Assembly (NCBI GenBank): GCA_964425075.1
Contig: CAYRKM010000001.1
Span: 523,060-587,059 of the forward strand
Length of the DNA stretch: 64,000 nucleotides
Direction of reading: 5' to 3'
Source: an uncultured Gammaproteobacteria bacterium
GTDB taxonomy: Bacteria > Patescibacteriota > Microgenomatia > Levybacterales > GWA1-39-11
This document shows, piece by piece, positions 49,733 to 58,466 of the stretch. Every line of letters starts with the position of its first letter. Positions within the stretch are counted from its first letter, which is position 1. A model generated the notes under the pieces. That model saw nothing but the letters and a program-made list of their open reading frames with translations, was not told the DNA's origin and made no database searches. The translations under genes were made by a program, and so were the position numbers.

Positions 49733-49760
49733 AGTATCTACTATATAATATATCATTCAT

Positions 49761-50324
49761 ATGAAAAGTTCCGCGAAAGAAAAGCTACTTCAAAAGATAG
49801 CTCAAGAAATTGAGAATTGTAAAGAATGTAAAGTTGGTAAAAGTGGGAAAGCGGTTCCCGGAGAAGGGAATTTTGATGCTGATATTCTTTTTGTGGGGGA
49901 GGCGCCGGGACGAAACGAAGCAGAGCAGGGACGGCCGTTTATTGGAAGATCGGGAAAGCTTCTAAGACGTTTGATAAATGAAGCGGGTTTGAGTGAGGAG
50001 GAGGTTTTTATAACCAGCCCGGTTAAGTATTTGCCTGATTATATAACTCCAACCCCAAGTGACATCGCCCATGGAAAAACACATTTTGACAAGCAAGTAG
50101 AGATAATAGATCCAAAAATTATAGTTTTGCTTGGTCGCGTTGCCTCTTTGGCGGTTTTAAATAAAAATATATTAGTCGCAAAAGAGCATGGCACAATCAT
50201 TGAAGAAAACGGGAAAAAATATTTTATAACTGTCCATCCCGCCGCAGCTTTAAGGTTTGTTAAAATGAAAAATACTTTACTTGAAGATTTTGAAAAACTC
50301 AAAAAACTACTTGCGGCCAGTTAA
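49761..50324 (+). CDS. Uracil-DNA glycosylase, family 4-like
   Basis: CKEC, VGEAPGRNE..QGRPFIGRSGKLL, TVHPAA. Confidence 0.9.
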   Translation: MKSSAKEKLLQKIAQEIENCKECKVGKSGKAVPGEGNFDADILFVGEAPGRNEAEQGRPFIGRSGKLLRRLINEAGLSEEEVFITSPVKYLPDYITPTPSDIAHGKTHFDKQVEIIDPKIIVLLGRVASLAVLNKNILVAKEHGTIIEENGKKYFITVHPAAALRFVKMKNTLLEDFEKLKKLLAAS

Positions 50325-50786
50325 TTTTTTGTTATTTTTTACAAATTTCCAATAACCAACAAAAAGAGCAACTGCAAGACCAACTGTTACAACAAAAAAC
50401 CTGAACATTTCATCAGTGCTTACAAATCCTCGAATGATTGCATAAACCAATGTAAAGAGTCCTCCAAGCAAAATTCCATCTGATAAGATTAGTATTTTCT
50501 CAAGCAATACGAGGCTAATAACAACAAATAATACAGCAGATATTGTTGCAAGGATGGAAACATTTCTGTTGTAAGGTTCAAGCCTTTTTTGATATTCTCT
50601 TGAGCTTATCTCAAATTCGCGTTGTTTTGCAGCATCTGATGCGGATAATGTCCCGTCTGCCTTAAAGGAAGTCATGATGGGATAGTCAGGAGCTTTGGGT
50701 TCTTTATAAAACGCAGCAATTCCAACACCTATAAATACTGCAAGAAGTGCGCCCAAAAAGAAAGAATAGATATATCGAATTACCAT
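50307..50786 (-). CDS. Hypothetical membrane protein (4 TM)
   Basis: Four hydrophobic segments; abuts the MazG-like gene. Confidence 0.75.
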   Translation of the reverse strand: MVIRYIYSFFLGALLAVFIGVGIAAFYKEPKAPDYPIMTSFKADGTLSASDAAKQREFEISSREYQKRLEPYNRNVSILATISAVLFVVISLVLLEKILILSDGILLGGLFTLVYAIIRGFVSTDEMFRFFVVTVGLAVALFVGYWKFVKNNKKLTGRK

Positions 50787-51119
50787 TTAATGATCTTTAT
50801 TATAACGATGCTCTATCTTTTTAAGTTTATCATTTAGGGCACGTTCTATGTCTACTCGAGCAACAGCTGCAAGTTGCATAGTTGTGATTATGACATCTGC
50901 AAATTCTTCATAAAAATTTCTTTTATCAAATTTGTCGAGCTTGCTTTTTCTTTGAAGTTTTAAAACTGAAAGAATATCGTTACAGAGTTCTCCAACTTCC
51001 TCATTTAGCTTTATTGTTTTTGTCAAAATTTCCTTTTCCTCTTGCGAATAGAGCTTGTAGTGAGGTTTGGCTCGTTGGTTTAGCGTATTAATCCTTGTTT
51101 GAAGCGACTTTATATCCAT
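50787..51119 (-). CDS. MazG-like nucleotide pyrophosphohydrolase
   Basis: KLNEEVGEL...EEFADV (EExxE...EExxD). Confidence 0.85.
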   Translation of the reverse strand: MDIKSLQTRINTLNQRAKPHYKLYSQEEKEILTKTIKLNEEVGELCNDILSVLKLQRKSKLDKFDKRNFYEEFADVIITTMQLAAVARVDIERALNDKLKKIEHRYNKDH

Positions 51120-51183
51120 ATAGTAAGTATACTCCTTTTTTAAAAGAGCAACTACTTTTTGACTAATGGTGTAATATTAAGAT

Positions 51184-51576
51184 ATGACACGACTAACCCT
51201 AAAAAGAGACGAAAAAGAGGAAATTCAGGAAGCAGAAGTTGTTACTCGATGGAGTGCTCCAAAGATTTTGATAGCAGTAGGAGTAATTGCTTTGGTTGGA
51301 ATGTTTGGGGTGTATTTTTGGGATAATTTAAAATCAAACGATGAAAATGTCCTGGGGGTAAAAGAAAGGGCTAAAAATAAAGCTCAAATTGAGATTCCCT
51401 CAAAAGAGAAAGTCTCCGAAATTCTAGAGCAAGCTCGTGAAAGCATTTCAAATATTGACACAGAGAATTTAGTTGACTCACAGCCACAGATAAAAAAGGC
51501 AATCGAGGATTTAGAGAAATTAACGACCACAGATACAAATGCAAAAAAAGTAGTATGTGATGCTGTTTGTAAATGA
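51184..51576 (+). CDS. Hypothetical membrane-anchored protein
   Basis: One TM, NVLG motif, terminal CxxxC. Confidence 0.7.
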   Translation: MTRLTLKRDEKEEIQEAEVVTRWSAPKILIAVGVIALVGMFGVYFWDNLKSNDENVLGVKERAKNKAQIEIPSKEKVSEILEQARESISNIDTENLVDSQPQIKKAIEDLEKLTTTDTNAKKVVCDAVCK

Positions 51577-52835
51577 AGAAATTAAAGAAAATATTAAAAA
51601 CCCTAGGTCCAGGTTTTATTACCGGTGCGTCTGATGATGATCCATCGGGAATTGCAACATATTCCCAAACCGGTGCTCAATTTGGATATCAACAGTTATG
51701 GACTGCGCCTTTTTCATTTCCATTCATGACTGTAATTCAGGAAATGTGTGGTCGAATAGGAATGGTGACAGGAAAAGGAATATCTGGCGTTATTAAGAAA
51801 CATTATTCTCCTACGATTTTATATTTTGCAGTTTTAATTCTTTTTATCGCAAACACTGTAAATATAGGTGCAAATTTAGGTGCAATGGCGTCATCCGCAC
51901 AACTTCTCGTGGGTTTACCTTTTTACGCTTGTCTTCTTATCATGGTTGTGATTTCCCTGTTGCTTCAAATTTTCGTGTCCTACTCAACATATTCAAAGGT
52001 CCTTAAATACCTTACATTGTCCCTTCTTGCATACATAATTACTGTTTTTGTAGTTAAGCAAAACTGGACCGCTATTGCACTATCAACTCTTTTACCCTCA
52101 TTTTCATTTAACAAAGCATATATAACCAATATCGTTGCTATTCTTGGAACAACAATTTCTCCCTATTTGTTTTTCTGGCAAGCTGATGAGGAGGTAGAGG
52201 AAGAGATAGAAGAAAACAAACTTCACTCAATGGGACATGGATTACCAACAATTAACATAAGAAGCATAAGAAGGATGAGGAAAGACACTATTGTTGGGAT
52301 GTTCTTATCTAACCTAGTAATGTTTTTCATAATTGCAACCACCGCCTCTACTCTTAATGCTAATGGAATAACAGAAGTAGCTACAGCAACAGACGCCGCA
52401 AAAGCATTACAGCCTCTGGCTGGACAATTTGCTTTTATTCTCTTTGCCGCAGGGATAATCGGGAGCGGTTTTTTGGCAGTACCAATTCTTGCTGGTTCTG
52501 CTTCATATGCTCTTGCTGAAGCAGTGGGTTGGAGGGAAGGATTGTATCTTAAGTTTTCAAAAGCACACGGATTTTATGCTGTTATTGCTCTTGCAACAAT
52601 ACTTGGGATTGTTGTTAATTTTACGCCGATAAAACCGTTTCAAATGCTTTATTACACAGCAATTTTAAATGGAATGGTTGCGCCATTTTTAATGGTGATG
52701 ATACTTCTTATTTGTAACAATAAAAAAATTATGGGAAATTACACAAATTCTCTTTTTTCAAACATAATGGGAATTATTATAACTGCCGTTATGAGTATCT
52801 CTTCTATTTTCCTCCTCGTTTCATTTTTCCTCTAA
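51573..52835 (+). CDS. NRAMP-family divalent metal transporter
   Basis: LGPGFITGASDDDPSGIATYSQTGAQFGY, LGTTISPY, multiple TM. Confidence 0.92.
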   Translation: MKKLKKILKTLGPGFITGASDDDPSGIATYSQTGAQFGYQQLWTAPFSFPFMTVIQEMCGRIGMVTGKGISGVIKKHYSPTILYFAVLILFIANTVNIGANLGAMASSAQLLVGLPFYACLLIMVVISLLLQIFVSYSTYSKVLKYLTLSLLAYIITVFVVKQNWTAIALSTLLPSFSFNKAYITNIVAILGTTISPYLFFWQADEEVEEEIEENKLHSMGHGLPTINIRSIRRMRKDTIVGMFLSNLVMFFIIATTASTLNANGITEVATATDAAKALQPLAGQFAFILFAAGIIGSGFLAVPILAGSASYALAEAVGWREGLYLKFSKAHGFYAVIALATILGIVVNFTPIKPFQMLYYTAILNGMVAPFLMVMILLICNNKKIMGNYTNSLFSNIMGIIITAVMSISSIFLLVSFFL

Positions 52836-52853
52836 ACTCAATATAATAGGCAC

Positions 52854-53861
52854 ATGGAAGAGTTAAAAAAACGTGCTGAGATAGTTCTTGCAAAAATTAA
52901 TATTGAAGAAAAACGTCGTAGATTTAAGGAAATCGAAGCCCTCTCAATGGGGCCAGATTTTTGGAAAGATTCGGTAAGCGCTACAAAACTAATGCAGGAA
53001 TTTGGATTACTCCAAAAGGAAATTGAGAGTTTTGAAAAAATCGAAAATTTACTTAAAGAAGGTAAATATAAAGATCTTGAAGAGCCATTATCCAATATAG
53101 AGCTTTATTTATATCTCTCAGGAAGATTTGATAAGGCAAATGCTTTTCTTACAATTCACGCCGGTCAAGGTGGAGTTGACGCGATGGATTGGGCTCAAAT
53201 GTTGTCCCGAATGTATCAAAGATATTTTGAGAGAAAAGGATACAAATACGAAGTAATGGATGAAACAAAAGGCGAGGAGGCTGGAATTAAGAACATTAAT
53301 TTTCTTGTTGAAGGAGAATTTGCATATGGATATTTAAAAAATGAAACAGGAACACACCGCATGGTAAGACTCTCACCATTTAATGCAAACAACCTTCGTC
53401 AAACCTCATTTGCTTTAGTTGAAGTTCTTCCTCAAACAGATGAAGATTTTGGAACTGTTATAAATGAAGACGATCTGGAGTGGGATTTTTATAGAGCCTC
53501 GTCCCACGGTGGACAAAATGTTCAAAAGGTGTCAAGTGCCGTACGGCTTACTCACAAACCAACAGGAATTGTTGTGACTTCCCAAACTGAAAGATACCAA
53601 AACCAAAATAGGGAATATGCTCTAAAACTTTTGAAAGCAAAATTATTGGTTCTTGATGAAAAAAAGAGAAAAGATGAAGAGGCAAAAATGAAAGGTGAGT
53701 ATAAACCAGCTTCCTGGGGCAATCAGATAAGAAATTATGTTTTGCATCCATACCAAATGGTAAAAGACGTGAGAACGCAGGTTGAGACAAGTAATGTTGA
53801 TGCGGTTTTGGATGGGGAGATAGATATCTTTATTGACGCAGAACTAAAGGAATTATCTTAA
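52854..53861 (+). CDS. prfB: Peptide chain release factor 2 (no programmed frameshift)
   Basis: AGQGGVDAMDWA, RLSPF, RQTSFA, GGQ, WGNQIRNYVLHPYQMVKD. Confidence 0.95.
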   Translation: MEELKKRAEIVLAKINIEEKRRRFKEIEALSMGPDFWKDSVSATKLMQEFGLLQKEIESFEKIENLLKEGKYKDLEEPLSNIELYLYLSGRFDKANAFLTIHAGQGGVDAMDWAQMLSRMYQRYFERKGYKYEVMDETKGEEAGIKNINFLVEGEFAYGYLKNETGTHRMVRLSPFNANNLRQTSFALVEVLPQTDEDFGTVINEDDLEWDFYRASSHGGQNVQKVSSAVRLTHKPTGIVVTSQTERYQNQNREYALKLLKAKLLVLDEKKRKDEEAKMKGEYKPASWGNQIRNYVLHPYQMVKDVRTQVETSNVDAVLDGEIDIFIDAELKELS

Positions 53862-54527
53862 TTCTATTTGTTCTATTTCGCTAAACTGCAATGAAGGATA
53901 GAGGGTTTCATTGCGAAGAGTAATTTTATTCAGCTTCATTTCTACCTTCTCATTGTGAATTTTAATATAGTCTAGTACTGCTTGTGGGTTTTTGAGTTTT
54001 CTTTTATAACGCGCAACTGTTGTGTGAATAATGTGTACTTTTTTTATTGTTTCTTTTGGAAAAGGCAATTCTGAAAATAGATTATTTCTCAAAGTTTCAA
54101 CTTCATCATTTTCGTCGTAACCGCACCATATTATCCCACCCGTAGTAGCTATTAGTTCAGAGAAGGTTAGATTTATTGACGGATAGTGCCTATTTAGCCT
54201 CTGAAATTTTTCCAAGAAGTTTTCTTTTATTTCTTCCCACGCCTTTTCGTTTCCCTGAGGATAATCCTGCAAACAGTCAACCACCTGATTAATAGTTAGG
54301 TGCTGAGATGATGGGGGTGGGCAATTGAGATTGCCAGGTTCAAATACTTGAAGATCATTTTGGTATTTTGAAAGCATTGTTTTTACTTTTTCATCCAAAA
54401 CTCCATAGAGAAGCATTCCCCAAATTGGCTGATTCCACATGGTGTCCACAAGTAGTTCATTATTTCGAAAGGATTCTAGATTTGATAACTTGATTGATTG
54501 GTGCTTAAGTCTTAAACGTGTATTCAT
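53853..54527 (-). CDS. 2H phosphoesterase superfamily protein
   Basis: Two HxT motifs (QHLTIN, IHTTVARY) about 90 aa apart. Confidence 0.7.
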   Translation of the reverse strand: MNTRLRLKHQSIKLSNLESFRNNELLVDTMWNQPIWGMLLYGVLDEKVKTMLSKYQNDLQVFEPGNLNCPPPSSQHLTINQVVDCLQDYPQGNEKAWEEIKENFLEKFQRLNRHYPSINLTFSELIATTGGIIWCGYDENDEVETLRNNLFSELPFPKETIKKVHIIHTTVARYKRKLKNPQAVLDYIKIHNEKVEMKLNKITLRNETLYPSLQFSEIEQIELR

Positions 54528-54609
54528 TAAAAGATTATAGCAAACAAGTTGGAATCCAGGCTTTGTAAGACTTGATTAGGCTCTTAAAATATGCTTAACT
54601 AGAGAAACC

Positions 54610-55092
54610 ATGGAAGAACAACAAGCTTCAAATAACAACTTAATCCACGATATGAGTGGGTCTAAGAAAAGAGTTTCTACAGGTGCTTCCTCAGCTGGCA
54701 AATCCTTACTTGTGGTTATAGTTATTATGGTAATTTTAGGTCTTGGAACAGGATATATTGCCGCAAATGTTGCAGGTGGTGCCAAAAAAGGTCCAACTTC
54801 AATTGGGGAGGACTTGAGCAGTGGAGAAATTAAAAAAGGAGCAACTGTAGGAGTTGATGATCCGAAAGAATTTCCCGACACAGCAGAAGGAGACCTAAAG
54901 GAAGGTGGAATTGATGGAGAGGGAGAATATCATCTTGAACGACCCGGAGGAGAATCTCAAAATGTTTATCTAACGTCATCAATAGTTGACCTTTCTCAGT
55001 TTGTAGGTAAAAAGGTAAGAGTGCAGGGGGCAACATTTTCTGCTGAAAAAGCTGGGTGGTTAATGGACGTGGGCAAACTTGAAGTGCTCTAG
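54610..55092 (+). CDS. Conserved hypothetical membrane-anchored protein
   Basis: One TM then a beta-rich domain (YLTSSIVDLSQFVGKKVRV). Confidence 0.75.
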   Translation: MEEQQASNNNLIHDMSGSKKRVSTGASSAGKSLLVVIVIMVILGLGTGYIAANVAGGAKKGPTSIGEDLSSGEIKKGATVGVDDPKEFPDTAEGDLKEGGIDGEGEYHLERPGGESQNVYLTSSIVDLSQFVGKKVRVQGATFSAEKAGWLMDVGKLEVL

Positions 55093-55129
55093 GCTATAAG
55101 AATTCATTTGCAGTATTACATGGTTTTAA

Positions 55130-55927
55130 ATGATAAGATTTCAGGACGTATCAAAGCAATACTATTCTAATCTTGCCCTTGATAGGGTATCTTTTGATAT
55201 AGAAAAGGGCGACTTCGTTTTCCTCGTGGGGCCTACTGGTTCTGGAAAAACCACAATCTTCCGACTCATTATTAGAGATTTACTTCCAACTGAGGGCGTT
55301 ATAACAATTGGAGAAATTGATGTAGCGAAATTACCTCAAAACAAAGTTAGGCAATTAAGGCGAAATGTCGGCGTAGTATTTCAAGACCTAAAGCTCTTAA
55401 ATGATAGAACTGTTGGAGAAAACGTAATGCTTCCGCTTCAATTTTCTGGAGTATCAGAGAAAGATGCAAAGGAAAAAGCAAGAGAAGTACTCATCAACGT
55501 GGGTCTTGAAGAAGCATTTGATAAATTTCCAATGCAGCTTTCGGGTGGTGAGCGTCAAAGAGTAGCTATAGCCCGTGCTTTAGTGTTTGACCCTGAAGTG
55601 ATAATTGCTGACGAGCCTACAGGAAATCTTGATATGCAAACATCCCTTCAAATCCTTGACCTTCTTGATAGTATTAACAAAAAAGGGACAACTATATTTA
55701 TGGCAACTCATAATGATAGGATTATTGATTCTTCAAAAAAGAGAATACTTGTGGTCGAAAAGGGTAGGATAAAGGAAGATCGGAAAAAAGCTCATGATGC
55801 AAAAAAACATGATGAAGAGATAAAGCACGAGGCAAAACCTAAAGAGGAAAAGTTAGACGAGAAACACCACGAGAATAATGAAGAGACTGAAAAAAAGATA
55901 AAGCTTGAAAGTCTGGCATCAAAATAA
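55130..55927 (+). CDS. ftsE: Cell division ATP-binding protein FtsE
   Basis: GPTGSGKTT, VVFQDLKLL, LSGGERQRV, ADEPTGNLD, ATH; followed by ftsX. Confidence 0.92.
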   Translation: MIRFQDVSKQYYSNLALDRVSFDIEKGDFVFLVGPTGSGKTTIFRLIIRDLLPTEGVITIGEIDVAKLPQNKVRQLRRNVGVVFQDLKLLNDRTVGENVMLPLQFSGVSEKDAKEKAREVLINVGLEEAFDKFPMQLSGGERQRVAIARALVFDPEVIIADEPTGNLDMQTSLQILDLLDSINKKGTTIFMATHNDRIIDSSKKRILVVEKGRIKEDRKKAHDAKKHDEEIKHEAKPKEEKLDEKHHENNEETEKKIKLESLASK

Positions 55928-56036
55928 GTAGAAAGTAGGAGGTAGTAAGCAGAAAGGAAAAGAATTAAGGACTAAGAATTAAGACCTGTGAATTGAGGAT
56001 TATAGATTAACTGAAAACTGATAACTGTAAACTGAG
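55926..56036 (+). repeat. Degenerate 7-bp-period repeats between ftsE and ftsX
   Basis: AAGTAGA AAGTAGG AGGTAGT AAGCAGA (55926-55953); AAGAATTAAG twice, 14 bp apart; AACTGAA AACTGAT AACTGTA AACTGAG (56009-56036). Confidence 0.75.
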
Positions 56037-56046
56037 AATTAATTAT

Positions 56047-56913
56047 ATGCACATACAAACAGTCGCAAAATATATAAGACGCTCACCTTACCAGTCAATT
56101 GCTGCATCGTTAATAATGTCTTTGACCTTTTTAACAATTTCTGTTTTTTCAATTTTGACAATTATTTCTATTCGTGTAATTGATTATTTTGAATCACGTC
56201 CTCAGCTTTCTGTTTTTTTTGCAGATACTGCTGAAAGGAGCGATATCGAAGCTGTACGTCAACAACTTGAGGCAACTGGAAAAACTGAGAGTATCAAATT
56301 TGTGTCAAAAGAAGAGGCGTTAGCAATTTACAAAGAGCAAAACAAAGAAGACCCCTTGCTTTTGGATTTGGTAACTGCTGATATATTACCAGCCTCACTT
56401 GATGTACAAGCAAAAGACGCAACAGAACTATCGACTCTTGCGCAAATTGCTCGTGGCTCACAGATGGTTGATGAAGTAGTTTTTCAGAAAGACATAGTTG
56501 ATACGTTGGTTAGATTTACGAATGGACTGCGACAAATTGGAATAGTGATAATTGGTGTCTTAGTTCTTGTTTCGGTTTTTGTGATACTTACAATTATTGG
56601 TATTAAAATTACGGTAAGACGTGAAGAAATTGAAATAATGAAGCTAATTGGTGCGTCAAATTGGTTTATCAGGACGCCATTTGTCCTTGAGGGAATATTT
56701 TATGGGGCCATTGGTGCAATTATTGGCTGGAGTGTTACGTATGGAGTTTTGCATTTCTATGCAACTCCAAAGATAAATTCATTTTTTGGCAATGTGCCTG
56801 TTCTGCCAATAGAGCCTATTCTTATGCTTGAAGTAGCAGGAGTTCTTTTCCTATCTGCAATTCTTCTGGGTGCATTTTCAAGTTTCCTGGCAGTTCTTCG
56901 TTACCTAAAGTAA
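56047..56913 (+). CDS. ftsX: Cell division permease FtsX
   Basis: FVSKEEAL, LPASL, RREEIEIMKLIGASNWFIRTPFVLEG. Confidence 0.93.
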   Translation: MHIQTVAKYIRRSPYQSIAASLIMSLTFLTISVFSILTIISIRVIDYFESRPQLSVFFADTAERSDIEAVRQQLEATGKTESIKFVSKEEALAIYKEQNKEDPLLLDLVTADILPASLDVQAKDATELSTLAQIARGSQMVDEVVFQKDIVDTLVRFTNGLRQIGIVIIGVLVLVSVFVILTIIGIKITVRREEIEIMKLIGASNWFIRTPFVLEGIFYGAIGAIIGWSVTYGVLHFYATPKINSFFGNVPVLPIEPILMLEVAGVLFLSAILLGAFSSFLAVLRYLK

Positions 56914-56950
56914 TTGGAAAGTATGAATTATTGGCTTTATCCATAGTATT

Positions 56951-58180
56951 ATGAATATCATGCGTCACGCTTTATTAAAAGTATTTGTGATTGTAGTTTT
57001 GTGCTTTGTTTTTGCTTTGGGTAATTCTGCTTTTAGCCAAACCGCAACTCCTACTCCTACCCCAACTCCATCAACGGAAGCAAAAGAGAACGAGCTTGAA
57101 GGAAAGATAAAAGAATTGCAAGGTAAAATCAACGAACTTCAGGGTGAGGCAAAATCATTATCATCGCAAATAAAAATAGTTGATAGTCAGGTTTCACTTA
57201 CTGAACTTAAAATTGAAGCAGCACAAGAGAAAATAAAGAATATAAAAGAAGATATTTCCATAACGAAAGATAAGATTTCTGGACTAGAAGTTGATATAGA
57301 TAAAACTACACAGGCTTTGATGGGTAGGATTTCTGCAGTATATGAGGTGGGAAGTGTTGATCCTTGGCAAGTACTTTTAACTGCTAATAATTTAGACAAT
57401 TTTTTTACGCGCTTAAAATATCTAAAAATAGTCCAGCTTTATGATAAGAAAAATGTATTTGCAGCAGAGCAGGCAAAGGTAAATTACGAAAACCAGCAGA
57501 ATATATTGGTTGAAAAACAGCAAGAAGAGGAAGCTCTCAATGATGAGCTGGAAGCCTTTAATTCACAGCTTGAGAAGGAAAAACAAGAAAAACAAAAGCT
57601 CCTTGATGTTACAAAAAATTCAGAAAAAGAATACCAGAGACAGCTTGCCGCAGCCCTACGAGAGTTACAACAAATTCAAAAAGCGGCAATTGTTTTGGCT
57701 GCAACTGAACCAAAAGATGTGACTCGGGGAGAGCCAATTGGGCTAATGGGAAGTACTGGATTTTCAAGTGGCCCTCATTTGCATTTTGGGCTTTATAATA
57801 TCTCCTCTCTTTCTTCCTACAATTATTATTCAAATCACGAAAATCCTCTCAATGCCTTAGAGCCACAGTCTGTGAATTGGATATCGGGGTGTAGTGGTGA
57901 TCCTTCTGGTCAGACCACAAGTGGAAGCGGAGGTTTTGCGTGGCCAATGTCGACAAGCAGTCTGAGGATAACCCAGAATTATGGACTTACATGTTACGCA
58001 TGGATGTATAAGGGTAACCCCCATCCAGCATTGGATATTGTAAACAATTCAAATATTGTAGTCACCGCAGCGGAAGCAGGTCATGCTTATTTTTGTAAAA
58101 ATTGTACGGGCGACGGGGCAAATGGAGTATTCATTTTTCACTCAAATGGTAAGATGACATTGTATTGGCATTTGCAGTAA
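56951..58180 (+). CDS. EnvC-like coiled-coil protein with circularly permuted M23 peptidase domain
   Basis: Signal peptide, long coiled coil, then IGLMGSTGFSSGPHLHF before FAWPM..ITQNYG..HPALD..TLYWHLQ; directly after ftsEX. Confidence 0.88.
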   Translation: MNIMRHALLKVFVIVVLCFVFALGNSAFSQTATPTPTPTPSTEAKENELEGKIKELQGKINELQGEAKSLSSQIKIVDSQVSLTELKIEAAQEKIKNIKEDISITKDKISGLEVDIDKTTQALMGRISAVYEVGSVDPWQVLLTANNLDNFFTRLKYLKIVQLYDKKNVFAAEQAKVNYENQQNILVEKQQEEEALNDELEAFNSQLEKEKQEKQKLLDVTKNSEKEYQRQLAAALRELQQIQKAAIVLAATEPKDVTRGEPIGLMGSTGFSSGPHLHFGLYNISSLSSYNYYSNHENPLNALEPQSVNWISGCSGDPSGQTTSGSGGFAWPMSTSSLRITQNYGLTCYAWMYKGNPHPALDIVNNSNIVVTAAEAGHAYFCKNCTGDGANGVFIFHSNGKMTLYWHLQ

Positions 58181-58206
58181 AAAATTCCCCAATAATATCT
58201 CATAGT

Positions 58207-58235
58207 TTGATATCTCTTTCGTATTTTAGTATAAT
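58207..58235 (+). promoter_or_regulatory. Sigma70 promoter of the GC-rich unit
   Basis: TTGATA 58207-58212, 17-nt spacer, TATAAT 58230-58235. Confidence 0.8.
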
Positions 58236-58242
58236 TCCACTT

Positions 58243-58444
58243 TGCAATTAGAATAAATTCAAGCACAAATGCTGCTTGGTGGAGTTCTTATTGCATCATG
58301 ATGTACCGTATGGTACGTCAGCACTTTGAAATATTGCGGAGATTCATGAAAAAAAACACAGTAGGTGCCGCTTTGAATATTAAACTTAGTATTTGAAGTG
58401 GCATCTATTGTAGGGTGAGTTGGGGCAGACGTCTCGACCACCTT
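58243..58444 (+). ncRNA. Structured leader RNA (four hairpins and a boxA-like sequence), family unknown
   Basis: Hairpins 58243-58295, 58299-58320, 58358-58411 (24 bp, six G-U, no mismatches) and 58412-58444; GCACTTTGAAAT at 58321. Confidence 0.6.
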
Positions 58445-58466
58445 GATTTCCTGGGAGGAAAAGCAC

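Noticed and set aside
55926-56046. Possible CRISPR array or coding microsatellite
   Set aside because: Units are 7 bp and degenerate with no repeat-spacer structure; no cas genes and no CRISPR array seen in the window
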